Below are positions 12,051-24,906 of a DNA stretch of 64,000 bases, piece after piece. The position numbers were made by a program, and so were the translations under genes. Source of the DNA: Mytilus edulis (taxonomy: Eukaryota); the NCBI RefSeq assembly GCF_963676685.1, contig NC_092346.1, positions 51,336,001-51,400,000 on the forward strand, read 5' to 3'. Numbering within the stretch: the stretch's first letter is position 1; every line of letters begins with the position of its first letter. The notes under the pieces were generated by a model, which was not told where the DNA came from, searched no databases, and was given only the letters and a program-made list of their open reading frames with translations.

Positions 12051-12616
12051 AAAGGAGTAGGTTCAGTAAGACCCTTTTTTGTCCCCAAAATATAGCAGTT
12101 TTACAAAATTGTGAAAAAGGTAATCTTTAAGCTATTTACTGGAAAGTAGAATTATTCTGCTACATAAATATGAGCTGTTTTTGACAATACAATGCACAAA
12201 TATCGGGTACTAGCATCATTAAGTCATGCTAAATTGCTAAAATCTTCACAATAAAAGCATTTTAGTTAAATTTTAGACGGTTTCCGTCTTAACTGAAAGT
12301 GGCCGCATTCGTGTTCATTCATAATATTGAAATGTAAGTTGTATTTTATGAATATACATATATAAAGGTTGAGGATGAACACGGATGCGGCCACTTTCAT
12401 TTTTGACAAAAACCATCTGAAAAGTGACGTTTTTTTGCATATTTTGTATATTTTTCATATTTAAGCTTGAATCGGGGCGTTTTTAATGACTAAATCAGTT
12501 CAAATCTTTCCCAAAAACTAATTGAATCAATTGAAATAGACACTTAAGTGTTTAAAAAGTATCCAAAATCTTTCGTTAGATGAACTTGAAATGACCCTGA
12601 CCTAGGTCCTACGCCT
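12051..12616. mobile_element. Second copy of the 10866-11449 MITE (right TIR degraded)
   Basis: Near-collinear identity with 10866-11410. Confidence 0.85.
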
Positions 12617-12730
12617 GGTTTTGTGAGATCAAAAAAAAAAAACTACGAGTGCCACAATAACGTAAAATCCGATGTAAACCAACCTGAATTATATGAAGAT
12701 TAATATTGAAGATATATAAATAGAACAAGT
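12617..12730 (+). pseudogene. Relic of the 5' coding part of a ZF-A-like gene
   Basis: ggttttgtgagatcaaa…tacgagtgccacaataac…ctgaattat…taatattgaag…gaacaag aligns by eye with ZF-A 1035-1160 (ggtttttgtgagataaaacaagagcatacgagtgccacagttac…taatgttgaag…gaacaag). It is frameshifted and flanked by transposons. Confidence 0.7.
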
Positions 12731-12862
12731 CAAAGGGGTCAATTGAGCATTTCCGTCACTTAGCGTCCGTCGTCGTCGTTAGTTATAGTTTATTAAAATT
12801 ATCTCCTCTAAAACTGCGGGACTAAATTTATTCAAACCTTATAATCATCTAGATATATAATT

Positions 12863-13336
12863 AACAAGAATGTGTCCAAAGTACACGGATGCCCCACTCG
12901 CACTATCATTTTCAATGTTCAATTGACCGTGAAAATTGGTAAAAAATATAATTAGGCATTAAAATTAGAAAGATCATATCATAGGGAACATGTGTACTAA
13001 GTTTCAAGTTGATTGGACTTCAGCTTCATCAAAAACTACCTTGACCAAAAACTTTAACCTGAAACTCGCACTTTCATTTTCTATGTTCAGTGGACCGTGA
13101 AATTGGGGTCAAAAGTTTAATTTGGCTTTAAAATTAGAAAGATCATATCATAAGGAACATGTGTACTAAGTTTCAAGTTGATTGGACTTCAGCTTCATCA
13201 AAAACTACCTTGACCAAAAACTTTAACCTGAAGCGGGACAGACGGACGAACGAACGGACGAACGGACGGACGGACGAACGGACGCACAGACCAGAAAACA
13301 TAATGCCCCTCTACTATCGTAGGTGGGGCATAAAAA
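12863..13336 (-). mobile_element. Helentron-associated non-autonomous element (HINE/DINE-like) with two ~170-bp core repeats and a (ggac/gaac)n microsatellite
   Basis: Terminal hairpin atgcccctctac…gtaggtggggcat, microsatellite at 13236-13290, duplicated core. Related fragments at ~41260, 42350, 47200, 56490, 56810 and 59810. Confidence 0.75.
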
Positions 13337-13603
13337 TATATGTCCGGTGACCTCGTTTACCAACCAAGATACCTTACACGGCTAAAATAGAACATAGGGG
13401 GATGCATGTTTTGTCTATTATTCTGAAAGCTGCTGTCAGACGAATAGTAACGGGAATGAGTTGTTGCCTTTAAATGATAAATTTTGTCTTCTTTTGTTTT
13501 TCATTTCGCCTATAATCTTGAAAAATAGCATAAACTATTAGCAAGACAAGATCTACATAAATGTCACATGATTGAAAATGCACATAGATCAACACTGACC
13601 ACC

Positions 13604-13820
13604 AATCTAATTAATTAAACACAATTAATGACAGAGTGAAAAAGACTATTCCACACTAATTGAGTCGTCTAAAATTTGACAGATCACTATTTAGATCAAG
13701 AGTCAATGAATATAATTGTCCAAATCAGTCGATAGTTCACCAATTTATCATATATTTGTGAATTCTATAGCTACTGTTGTTACTATAGTGGAAGAGAAAT
13801 ATTTGAAACCTAACGTAAGT
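13604..13820 (+). promoter_or_regulatory. Putative promoter and non-coding first exon of ZF-C (donor gtaagt at 13815)
   Basis: Paralogous to 3383-3601 with the same motifs; TCAGTC at 13725. Confidence 0.6.
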
Positions 13821-14916
13821 AAACATAGTTATGGGGGAAAGGACATGAAACATTTAGCTAAAACAAAGTAGTTTAACTTAAAACGCACCTATATTTTAAT
13901 TATTGTTGATAAACATGCACGTATTAACTGTTACAGTATTGAATACTTCCATCCACATAATCACAATTACCAAAATCAAAGTACTGAAATACTGAACATC
14001 GGATGACCGCAAGTTCTTGTGGATGGTCCGACAAGCACTTGTCTCTGAAAAAAATCACACCTCTATACCTGAAAGTGAGGTTAATGTACAGACATAAGAA
14101 AGTTCGTGCGTGGGTGATAAATAATGACAGGGAATTCATCCTCACCGTAATGACTATTATAATGTAGAGATACAAATCAGTATACTCTGGTTTATTGTTA
14201 TATATTATATTAAAATACTTGTATATACATGTATATATAATTTTCATGTATTTGAATATCATTTTATTCTACTATATCAATAAAAGTACAGTGCAAGTGC
14301 ATGGTGGACACGTCACTCTTCTGTAATAATTCAATTTTTCTAATAGAATGGATTTAAGTAGGCATTCGTATTTTCCCGCAAAAATTGTTTAATCATCCAT
14401 GAAAAGTTATCGTTCCTTGAGATTGCATATTTTCGCTGCGTGTGGGTGGATATTAATGTTTTTATATATAACAAAACATTTTATATTATTAATTTATCTT
14501 CTTTAAAATATATTTGATGAATATTCATTGGAGAAATGAATTTATAACAAGCGATAAGGAATGTTAGTTTGCACTTGATTGTGTCTACGTATTCATCATG
14601 TTTAAAGATCGGTTAAAAATATTACGTAATGGAAATATAGGCGATAGCAATACACCGGAATGCCCACACGGTCAGGTGATGACTTAGGAAATAATTGTAA
14701 CAAAAGGTTAACATTTATAAAAAAAAACTTAAAGTCACTGAGAGATCACCTTCCAGATACCAATAATCGCAGAGTCTAAAAAAAATTTAATAAAAAAAAT
14801 CCAGACAATAAAAATCTGTCATCAGCACACAATTATATACTGGTACCAGATTCTAAACTCTCAGAAAAAAAAATATTCATCTATTTTCGTTTACAGGAAG
14901 ATAGATTCCACCGATC

Positions 14917-16173
14917 ATGACGATCAAAACAGACGATGACAATTTCTTTATACAAGATCCCGAGTATAATGAAATAATCGAAGAAGAAAATGAAGAAGAA
15001 ATAAACGTATCTGACGAAAGCGTCAAGTTATTTTATGAAATCAAAGAAGAATATACAAGTGCGTTAGATCTGGTATTTACAGTTCATGAGATTGATATTC
15101 ATAAACCTGTTGAAATTAATAATCAGATAACCGCCCTGCCACAAGATGTTGAAAAATCTCAGAAAGAGCGAGCAGAGAGTGACGTTCGTCTCAGAATATT
15201 CTCTGACAGGCACTCAATGGTCCTACATCGACTGTCGCATACGGAGGCCACACCAGAACGAAGAAAGAAAATGGATGCCTATCATAAAATCAAAGAGGAA
15301 ACAAAATCTGAGAATAGTATTTCATTAGGTGAAATGATCCAAGATAAATCTTTGGAATGCAAAATTTGCTTTAAAACCTATTCAAGGAGCTGGACTTTAA
15401 AAAGGCATATGGAAGTTCATACAGGAGAATCCATTCGTGATAATAAATTTCAATGTGATATTTGTGGGAAAAGTTTTGAGAAGAAATACCGGCTAGTGAA
15501 CCATGTAAGATCTCACAACGGCGAAATTACTTACGAGGAGAAAAAATATAAGTTTAAATGCGGAGTGTGTGGTAAGCTTCAGCGGGGAAAGAGAGAGTCT
15601 GAGGATCACATGAGAGTCCATACAGGCGAACGACCTTTTCAGTGTGATCTGTGCCACCTCTCATTCAAACAAATGAATCATCTCAGACGACACAATCGTG
15701 TTCACACTGGAGATATTTCACACCAAGAAAAGCCTTTTCAGTGTGAAATATGTTGCCGATATTTTGGACTACCCCACCAATTGACTCGCCATATGAAAAT
15801 TCACAACTCATCAGCTACGAAAGAATTTAAATGTGATCTTTGTCCGAAAGAGTTCAGCGAAAAGCATCATGTCGTACGACACGCTCGCTTACATACTGGT
15901 GAAAAACCTTATAAGTGTGATTTTTGCGACAAACAATTTACTTTTCACGCTTCTTACACTTCTCATCGTAGAATTCACACTAACGAAAAGCCATACACAT
16001 GTAGTTTATGTACCAAATCATTCACACAATTGTCAACTTTGAAACATCACCTACATGTGCACTCTGGTGAACCTCGGTATAAGTGTAGAGAATGTGGTGA
16101 AACGTTTGGCAGGTACACTTATCTTCAAAAGCACCGACTAGAATGTATATACCATATAGAGCATAGACAATAA
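14917..16173 (+). CDS. C2H2 zinc-finger protein ZF-C (9 fingers plus one degenerate N-terminal finger)
   Basis: 418-aa ORF, closest paralogue of ZF-B. Acceptor ttttcgtttacag ends at 14896; ATTAAA at 16261. Confidence 0.95.
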   Translation: MTIKTDDDNFFIQDPEYNEIIEEENEEEINVSDESVKLFYEIKEEYTSALDLVFTVHEIDIHKPVEINNQITALPQDVEKSQKERAESDVRLRIFSDRHSMVLHRLSHTEATPERRKKMDAYHKIKEETKSENSISLGEMIQDKSLECKICFKTYSRSWTLKRHMEVHTGESIRDNKFQCDICGKSFEKKYRLVNHVRSHNGEITYEEKKYKFKCGVCGKLQRGKRESEDHMRVHTGERPFQCDLCHLSFKQMNHLRRHNRVHTGDISHQEKPFQCEICCRYFGLPHQLTRHMKIHNSSATKEFKCDLCPKEFSEKHHVVRHARLHTGEKPYKCDFCDKQFTFHASYTSHRRIHTNEKPYTCSLCTKSFTQLSTLKHHLHVHSGEPRYKCRECGETFGRYTYLQKHRLECIYHIEHRQ

Positions 16174-16616
16174 GTTGGGAATGAATTTATTTCGGTTATA
16201 TGAATGTTCTTAATGTTGTTATGACTTCGTCATCTAATAATGTCATTTGTGATTTCTAATATTAAAGCCGTTTTAGTTTCCATTCCATATTATTTAGTCA
16301 TTTATTTATAGTATTTGCAATACATCACATTATTAAACACAGCATATATCTGACACTTACAAATCATTGCGGTATGAAAATATAACACACGAGATAAATT
16401 ATTTATTGTACAATCAACAAAACAATCAAACAAACCGAGCTGTGTAATATAATAACGTATGTTGGTGTAAACGAATTAAATTTTGCTTTGAGTATTATCA
16501 CGTAACTTCCAAATGGGACATACAAGATATCTGCTTGGTTTTCCCCTCTGAAGCCGAGACTACAAAGTCAACAAGGACCATGAAAATGCAGCCAATATCA
16601 AGTAAACCATGACGGT

Positions 16617-16938
16617 CACAGGCACTCGTCTCAGAAAAAAATTCCTATATACCTTTATATAACACTATTCACAGGCACTCGTCTCAAAAAAATTCCTATA
16701 TATCTTTATATAACACAAGGTACTTAACTCGCGATTTAGAAAAATGTCAGGCGGTGACGAAATTCCGTTATATGCCGATTTCTCGGCTGTCAACCCAACT
16801 ACTGAAAACTTGTTATTTTGTAAATCTACATTAATTTATCTTCCCAATGGTGTGAAACACGCCTACTTTTGTTGTCGGAATCATCCGTAGCAATCCTACC
16901 CAAGGATGTCAATCGTAATTCTGAGACGAGTACCTGTG
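16617..16938. mobile_element. MITE with CACAGG termini and 8-bp TSD (P/hAT-like)
   Basis: TIR cacaggcactcgtctcag / ctgagacgagtacctgtg; TSD atgacggt at 16609-16616 and 16939-16946. Confidence 0.85.
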
Positions 16939-17032
16939 ATGACGGTCGGACGTATCCACCTTGCAATCATTTGAAATCACAGTATCTTCAAAAAGCGGAT
17001 CTGATTACTCACTTGATCGTTGACCAACAAAC

Positions 17033-17117
17033 AAAAGGCACTTGTCTCAGATTTAAAAAAAAATAAAAAATTAATATAACACTATATAGGATCCCCCACC
17101 CGAGACAAGTGCCTGTG
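17033..17117. mobile_element. 85-bp miniature member of the same MITE family
   Basis: aggcacttgtctc / gagacaagtgcctgtg inverted repeats; TSD caacaaac at 17025-17032 and 17118-17125. Confidence 0.75.
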
Positions 17118-17156
17118 CAACAAACCATGAAAATGTCAATTCCAATTTATATAACA

Positions 17157-19024
17157 CCGGACAGACACGTACACATTACAATCATTCCAAAATAATATTA
17201 CCGGACAGACACGAACACATTAAATCATTCCAAAATAATATTACTGGACAGACACGAACACATTACAATCATTCTAAAATAGTATTTCCGGACAGACACG
17301 AACACATTATAATCAATCCAAAATAATGTTACCAGACAGACACGAACACATTCCAAAATAATGTTACCGGACAGACACGAACACATTACAATCATTCCAA
17401 AATAATATTACCGGACAGACACGAACACATTACAATCATTCCAAAATAATATTACCGTACAGACACGAACACATTACAATCATTCCAAAATGATGTTACC
17501 GGACAGACACGAACACATTACAATCATTCCAAAATAATATTACCGGACAGACACGAACACATTACAATCATTCCAAAATGATATTACCAGACAGACACAA
17601 ACACATTTCAATCATTCCAAAATTATGTTACCGGACAGACACAAACACATTACAATCATTCCAAAATGATGATACCGGACAGACACGAACACATTACAAT
17701 CATTCCAAAATAATATTACCGGACAGACACGAACACATGACAATCATTCCAAAATAATATTACCGTACAGACACGAACACATTACAATCATTCCAAAATA
17801 ATATAACCGGACAGACACGAACACATTTCAATCATTCCAAAATTATGTTACCGGACAGACACGAACACATTACAATCATTCCAAAATAATATTACCAGAC
17901 AGACACGAACACATTACAATAATTCCAAAATGATGTTACCGGACAGACACGAACACATTACAATCATTCCAAAATAGTGTTACCGGACAGACACGTACAC
18001 ATTACACTCATTCCAAAATAATATTACCGGACAGACACGAACACATTACAATCATTCCAAAATAATGTAACCGGACAGACAAGAACACATTACAATCATT
18101 CCAAAATAGTGTTACCGGACAGACACGAACACATTACAATCATTCCAAAATAATATTACCGGACAGACACGAACACATGACAATCATTCCAAAATAATAT
18201 TACCGTACAGACACGAACACATTACAATCATTCCAAAATAATATTACCGGACAGACACGAACACATTTCAATCATTCCAAAATTATGTTACCGGACAGAC
18301 ACGAACACATTACAATCATTCCAAAATAATGTAACCGGACAGACACGAACACATTACAATCATTCCAATATAATGTAACCGGACAGACACGAACACATTA
18401 CAATCATTCCAAAATAATATTACCGTACAGACACGAACACATTACAATCATTCCAAAATAATATTACCGGACAGACACAAACACATTACAATCATTCCAA
18501 AATAATGTTACCGGACAGACACGAACACATTACAATCATTCCAAAATAATGTTACTGGACAGACACGTACACATTTCAATCATTCCAAAATAATGTTACC
18601 AGACAGACACCAACACATTACAATCATTCCAAAATAATATTACCGGACAGACACGAACACATTACAATCATTCCAAAATAGTGTTACCGGACAGACACAA
18701 ACACATTACAATCATTCCAAAATAATATTACCGGACAGACATGAACACATTACAATCATTCCAAAATAATGTAACTGGACAGACACGAGCACATTACAAT
18801 CATTCCAAAATAATGTAACCGGACAGACACGAACATATTAAATCATTCCAAAATAATATTACTGGACAGACACGAACACATTACAATCATTCCAAAATAG
18901 TATTTCCGGACAGACACGAACACATTACAATAATTCCAAAATATTATTACCAGACAGACACGAACACATTACAATCATTCCAAAATAATGTTACTGGACA
19001 GACACGAACACATTACAATCATTC
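17157..19024. repeat. 44-bp tandem satellite, about 42 copies
   Basis: Unit ccggacagacacgaacacattacaatcattccaaaataatatta; period 44 (e.g. 17411 to 17455). Confidence 0.98.
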
Positions 19025-19457
19025 GATACACCGACACTGACATAGTCAGTATCATTATCATCAACCAAAACCAAAATCATGAAAATGAGATAATAGTCAT
19101 ACGAACCCTGCCATCCAGACGGACAAGTACACCAATTTTCCATTTATCAAATATTGTTGACCTATAATTGCTAAAGTATTTGAATCAAAGAGCTGAAAGC
19201 TCTGAAGAAAAATGACGCCACTGTCTCTAATATTGGGATAGTTTTTATGCAAGTCTTGATTTTCACATACCGTAATTAGTTTAACAATGCAACATGTCTC
19301 GTAAGCATATAATTGATATTCGTATATGTGTGTGTGTGAAGTGAAGGTGCCAACTGGCTGGGGTTTTTTTTTAAGACAAATGAATAGGTCAAGACTACCT
19401 GAATTGTACAAATAAATACCGTAGAAAGGCTTCTATATTTCTCACTGGTACATAGGC

Positions 19458-20176
19458 TGAATCCGGGTCCGTTCGCGCCCATTCACGCTTGCACCAACTC
19501 AGGTTCGCCCCCTTTCACTTTCACACCCTACATGTTCGCAACTAATCTTAATTGGTTTTGTGTTTAATAACTCTGTAAGCAAGTGTTTTCTTATAAGTAT
19601 AATTGTTGTCATTGTCTCAAAATAAAGTGAGACAGCATTTTTTTTTTGTGTTGAATAAATCTTAATCATGTTTTGGATAGCGTATTGTTAAAGATAATAA
19701 TAATCGTTTCTAAATAAAGTGGTATTTTGTCAACGTTTTATTTAGCGTTGAATAACTCTTAATCATGTTTTGGTTAGTGTATTGCTATACTTTGTTTCAT
19801 TGACCTCTTTCATAATGAAGTGAGATTCTGACTATTTTTTTTCTGTGTGTTGAATAAATTTTATCATGTTTTGGTTATAATAGTGGAATGCTATATTTTG
19901 GTTCCTATATTTTATTGTTTTGTTGTTTCAGATCAAAAGGCTTAAAAACAATTATCTTTTGTGTTTTTCCTTTAAAATCTTCAATGTTTTACTCATACCA
20001 AGCTAAAAATACATTCAGTATTTACACCAAAGCAATTTAAAACAACAATCATGATTTTCCAATTATTCAACTTGAATTTGAATTAAAATTGGGCGCGAAT
20101 GAGTAGAGTGCGAACGGACCTTGGGTGTGAACGTGCGAGGTGCGAAAGTGTATTGGGCGCAAACAGACCTGATACC
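19458..20176. mobile_element. MITE with GC-rich subterminal repeats and AT-rich interior
   Basis: Left tgaatccgggtccgttcgcgccca versus reverse complement of right end ggtatcaggtctgtttgcgccca; repeated gttcgc / gcgaa motifs. Confidence 0.65.
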
Positions 20177-21123
20177 ACCTAGTCTGAACCCCCTTCTCCC
20201 ACAAAATATGATGTAAATTAAAAACAAATTGTTCAGAGAACAATTGAAGTCTTTCCACTAGAAAAGATCTATTTTTATATTGAAATATGAAAAATCAATT
20301 TAAAATGTTAGTTCCTATGGCTTTATGACGTCCTATTAACCTTTGACCTTGACCTCAATTTCAAGGTCACAAACCATGGACCTTGAATCAAAATATCCTA
20401 GGTCTTTAATATGTTTGGTTAATGAGTACTACCACTTGACGCGTAATTTTAAATGTAAGATGGACAAAAACTCCCTTTTATTGTATGCGCAGCCTTTCAA
20501 CCAAAATATACAAGTAAGGACATGTCGCAACTAATAATTTATGAAAAATTATTTGTCAAAATGTCATACAGTATTTGAAAAGAAGTGAAAATAAGCCAAA
20601 ATCAAAATTTATAATATGACCTTGACCTTTGACATTGACCTCATTTTCATTTTTAGTACCAATGACCTCATGAAGACCCTAGGTCTCTATCAGTTATGGT
20701 TTACCAGTTGAAAATGCATATCGCTTGAATCAAATGAAAAAGGGGGAATAACTCTCATATGGAGTCCCCATAGAGCTATGGTTCAAACGAATATTCTTAT
20801 CCTAAATATGTAACGAGCAATTTGGTAAAATAAAATCTTTTACGGTTACGAAGGAGAGGTGGCCACAAGAAAAACAGTGTTTGGGGAGATAACTCTTACA
20901 ACGTAATGTATTTTGTTATAATTACATTTGATATATGTTTCATTATAATACTTTATTCTGATTGGCTAACTGCACATCACATGTTATTCCTCAAGCAATT
21001 GCATCACTCAATAAAACTTTTCATTCATGATAACACGTGGTCCCACAATAAAGTGCACAGATGAATTGAATAAAAAAGTTATAAAATTCGTGTTTTCATG
21101 ATCCTAGCTAAAAAAAGTAATTA

Positions 21124-21283
21124 TAAGTATTGAATGTTTCTTTTTGTAACCTCATAGGGTTGCAAAAGCGTTGACCGTGTGCACATTTTTAGAATGAAGC
21201 GCTTACGCGCTTCATACAAAAAGTACTTCGGTCAACGCTTTTACACCTCAATGAATTTACAAAAGAAAGCATTCAATACTTAA
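21124..21283. repeat. ~160-bp imperfect palindrome ending an interspersed element (~20930-21283)
   Basis: taagtattgaatg…aaaagcgttgaccg…atgaagcgc ttac gcgcttcat…cggtcaacgctttt…cattcaatactta. Confidence 0.85.
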
Positions 21284-24200
21284 ATGCAGTTGTAAATTTT
21301 TAAAGCAAAAAGAGTTAATACTAACTTTCACTTTTTTGGATGTTCATTTACATTTTGAATGTATTTATTTTTCTCAACTACATGAATTTTTTGGTGTATT
21401 TTTAATGATATATATGAGTAGTCCAAATAATTATTACATCTGGCAAGGCTTTTTAAATTTTATTCTGGGACACCTTCCTATGACCACAAGGCTTATGTTA
21501 ATTTTTTTCTGGGACGCCTTCTTAGGAAGCCTTCCTACGAACGTCTTACGAAGGCGTCCCAGAAAAAAATAAAATAGCCTTATTGGATATTTTTATGCAT
21601 TATTTAACCAGTTAAGTCTTTTACAGGATTGTTTGTTTAATGCTGTTTAAACATTACTGAAAAAAAAACACCTTAAATTTGCTAATTATTTGGCATGAAA
21701 GTTTGATTTATTGAAAGGGACTCATAGTTTTTCATTTAATTTTAATAATTGTCTAATGCAGTAATGGTTAAAACAATAGCTTCGTTGTTTACTTTTATAC
21801 ACAACAACATATTCACTTTGGTCTCGTTGTTTACCTAATATTCACTATGTACTTGGTAACAGTTATTAATTAATTGAATAGAAAATATTATAATAAATAT
21901 TATTGGAAGCCGAATTGACGTCAAATAGGTGCCGATTTGACTAAATGCCAATTTAACCAGGTGCCGACTTGACTTGTACGTTTCAATTCCTCTGCGATCG
22001 TTTGCGGTATTTTCTTGAGAAAGCCTATTTTCCATCATCAAAGAGAAGAAGAAACTGCTTGAAATGATTCCCGAACGCTTCGTGATTGTTAAAATAAGTT
22101 TAATTCACTCAAAAAACAATTTTAAAACTTGCGATGTTTAAACAGGAAGTTTCAAAAGCACGTGTAAAAGAAGAAATTAACCGGTGAGAGTGGAAATCCG
22201 TACATAACATATATCACTATAGTACGACTTTTAAAGCAAAACAGTTTCATCCTTTTGTAAAACAGTCTTTAATATACCTATCACATTAATGTTTGAAGGG
22301 TCTTAAGCTTATTCAAACCATATAAGTCGGTATGAAACACCAAAACGGAATGATAATAACCGATTACGTTTTGTAGTTTACAAAATTCTGGACTGGTTCC
22401 TGTCAAACTACAACACTTTCTTCGACTGTAGTGGAATACAAACAGAAACCAGTTAGTTTGTAAACTGGTTCCTGGCTGATTACTACACAATGCTCATGCA
22501 TAATGATAACACAAGCACATTCCTCCAGTTTGTATTGAAATTAGTAAATACGAAACCAAGCGCGGTAGGCAGAGAAATCAGGTCGGCAGTTATGGAACAA
22601 TGACTGCGTCATTTTCCAAAAACGGATCTTATTTTAAATGCGTGGCTTTGAATAATAATGTCCGAAATTGGTGTAAATTCCGATTAAACCCTATCAGACG
22701 AGCATGCACACATTGCAATCTTAATTTCACCAAAAATAAATGATTAATGGCGAAAACTCAAAGTTGGCCAATGAATCAAGAAATTACCTAAAGGTCAGAT
22801 GCTTTGGTGGAAACTACAAATCATCAAGCATCTGTATACAAGTCCTAGTCATGTCTCGCTTGCGACAAAAGCGAGACAACCATTAACTTACTATGACTTA
22901 TCAAATCCAATGTTTGAAGTTGTCTTGTGTTGAAAAAGGAATTAAATTTTGTGTGTATTCTTCAATCCAAACGCGGTAATACTTTTTTTTCTTTTAAGCT
23001 CATTTTTCCTTTCTTTTCTTGTCTTTTGATTGGGTGCGTAAGTCTCGTTTGGTTTGCTGTTGAAACTTTAACACTTATATGAACAAAATAGTTCGGAACT
23101 GAACTTTGCAATAAGATTGCAAACTAAATGTGCCAAAACGGCACGAATGCTCCCAAAAGCACGAAGACATTTTTAAGAGGAAATTTGATAATGAAAGTCT
23201 GAATCACTGTTATTTTTAAGTCTTCCCTCGTCATTTCTGCATAAAAAACATAAGTGCATGTAACCAAACGTGAACTAGTTTTGTAACTTAATCGCATTGA
23301 TATAACCTAATAAATTTCTTCGCTGAGCTCTTCTGGATACGACCGCAGATATCAAACATTGAAAAGTTGGGGCCAAAATAGACACATTGTCCAAGCTTGA
23401 TACATGTCTGAATTTGGATTGTAATTAAAATTTTGACACAAAATAGGTTTCTGACAGAATAACTGTAGTCAAAGAACTTTAAATTGGTTAAACGATGTGA
23501 ATTCAATATCAATGATTTGCTTTTGTGCAATACACTATGCTGTTGCGAATTAAATGAATAGCGAGTTTTTGATATTCTAGGTGTCAGTTGATCCCGGCCT
23601 GCCTCTATATCGGCAGCAATGCCATGCATCATCCTAGGCATTGTCACAGCTAGTTTTCCCTACAACATGTAAAGATCCCAACATCAGCTCCCATAGATGT
23701 AGTCGAGAGTCTTAGGGAAAAGAACATTAAACAGAACATGTTACAGTACACGAATATCAACCTATTTCTTGTTATAATAGATGTGTTGTTAGATACACAA
23801 AATATACAAAGAGCAAATAGGTTAAAAAATCAGAGACAAGCACCGATGTTTATTATGACTGAATCTTCGAACACCAAAGAAGAAAACGATGAAACATACC
23901 ACTGACATTCTAAAATTTAGTAAGCCGCCAAGATCTACCAAAATAAAAGAATTGTTTACGGTCAAATTATTGAAAACTTAATTTAATTAAAATCGCCTAA
24001 CACACCTGTTAATCCGTTTTAATTGGATATATGAAACGTTAAATAAACATAGATGTGTCATAATTACCTAATTGGACCGTTAGTTGACTAGGGGCCATTT
24101 TCGATGAGAAAAAAACATGTGTATCATAAACGGATGAACTGAAATACTGGTAAGTTTTAGAAAAATGCATATAAAATTTCATACAAACATTTTTGGATAT

Positions 24201-24906
24201 AACTAGTACCCGGTATACTTAATGTTTTCTTGGTGTAAGTCAACTGTAATAATGGTAATGTGTTCACGCTACTAGCTTTTAGTGTGTCATTGGGTTGATG
24301 TCTCATTAATATTCACACTTTTAAGATATATATATATAACTTTACTTTTAAACCTGGACATGTCGCAAAAGTATTAATAATCCCATGAAAAATTATTTAT
24401 TACATAATCTTCTTTATATTAGAAGTAAATATTGTATATTGTATCGGTTTGATCGCTGGTCAAGTTTAAATCTGCCAGTATTCGGCCCCTGATAAGTTTT
24501 ATTTACTTTGTAAGGTAAACAGACCTGTATACTGGTAAGTCAGTTTACAAGCTTTATTATAGAGTTAAAAGACCTTTACTGGTAAGACATTATTTAAGTT
24601 ACATGTACCATATATTTGACAAAAACCAGAATAATGCTGCACGTAAAAAAAAAAGTTATGTATATAAAGGACTGCACATTATGGAGAACATAACAAGCAA
24701 ATAGCCTAGCCATTCCTGTAAAAAAAAGTTGACTACTAGTATCCATCATTTACCTAGGCAGCAAATCTACTGTAACTTTTGGAGTGCCGCTCTAATTTTG
24801 AAATCTGGTATTTTATGATTTTGTTTCCATTCATTCACTTCTCCTACATTGATAATCATCTGAATTTTGATTGTTATTTTGTGCTTTTATCATTTTACAG
24901 GACAGG

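Noticed and set aside
17157-19024. Regular repeat array superficially like a CRISPR
   Set aside because: Units are head-to-tail with no unique spacers, there are no cas genes, and the context is eukaryotic.
23288-23647. 119-aa minus-strand ORF
   Set aside because: No recognisable motif, non-ATG start, and it appears to overlap interspersed-repeat sequence.
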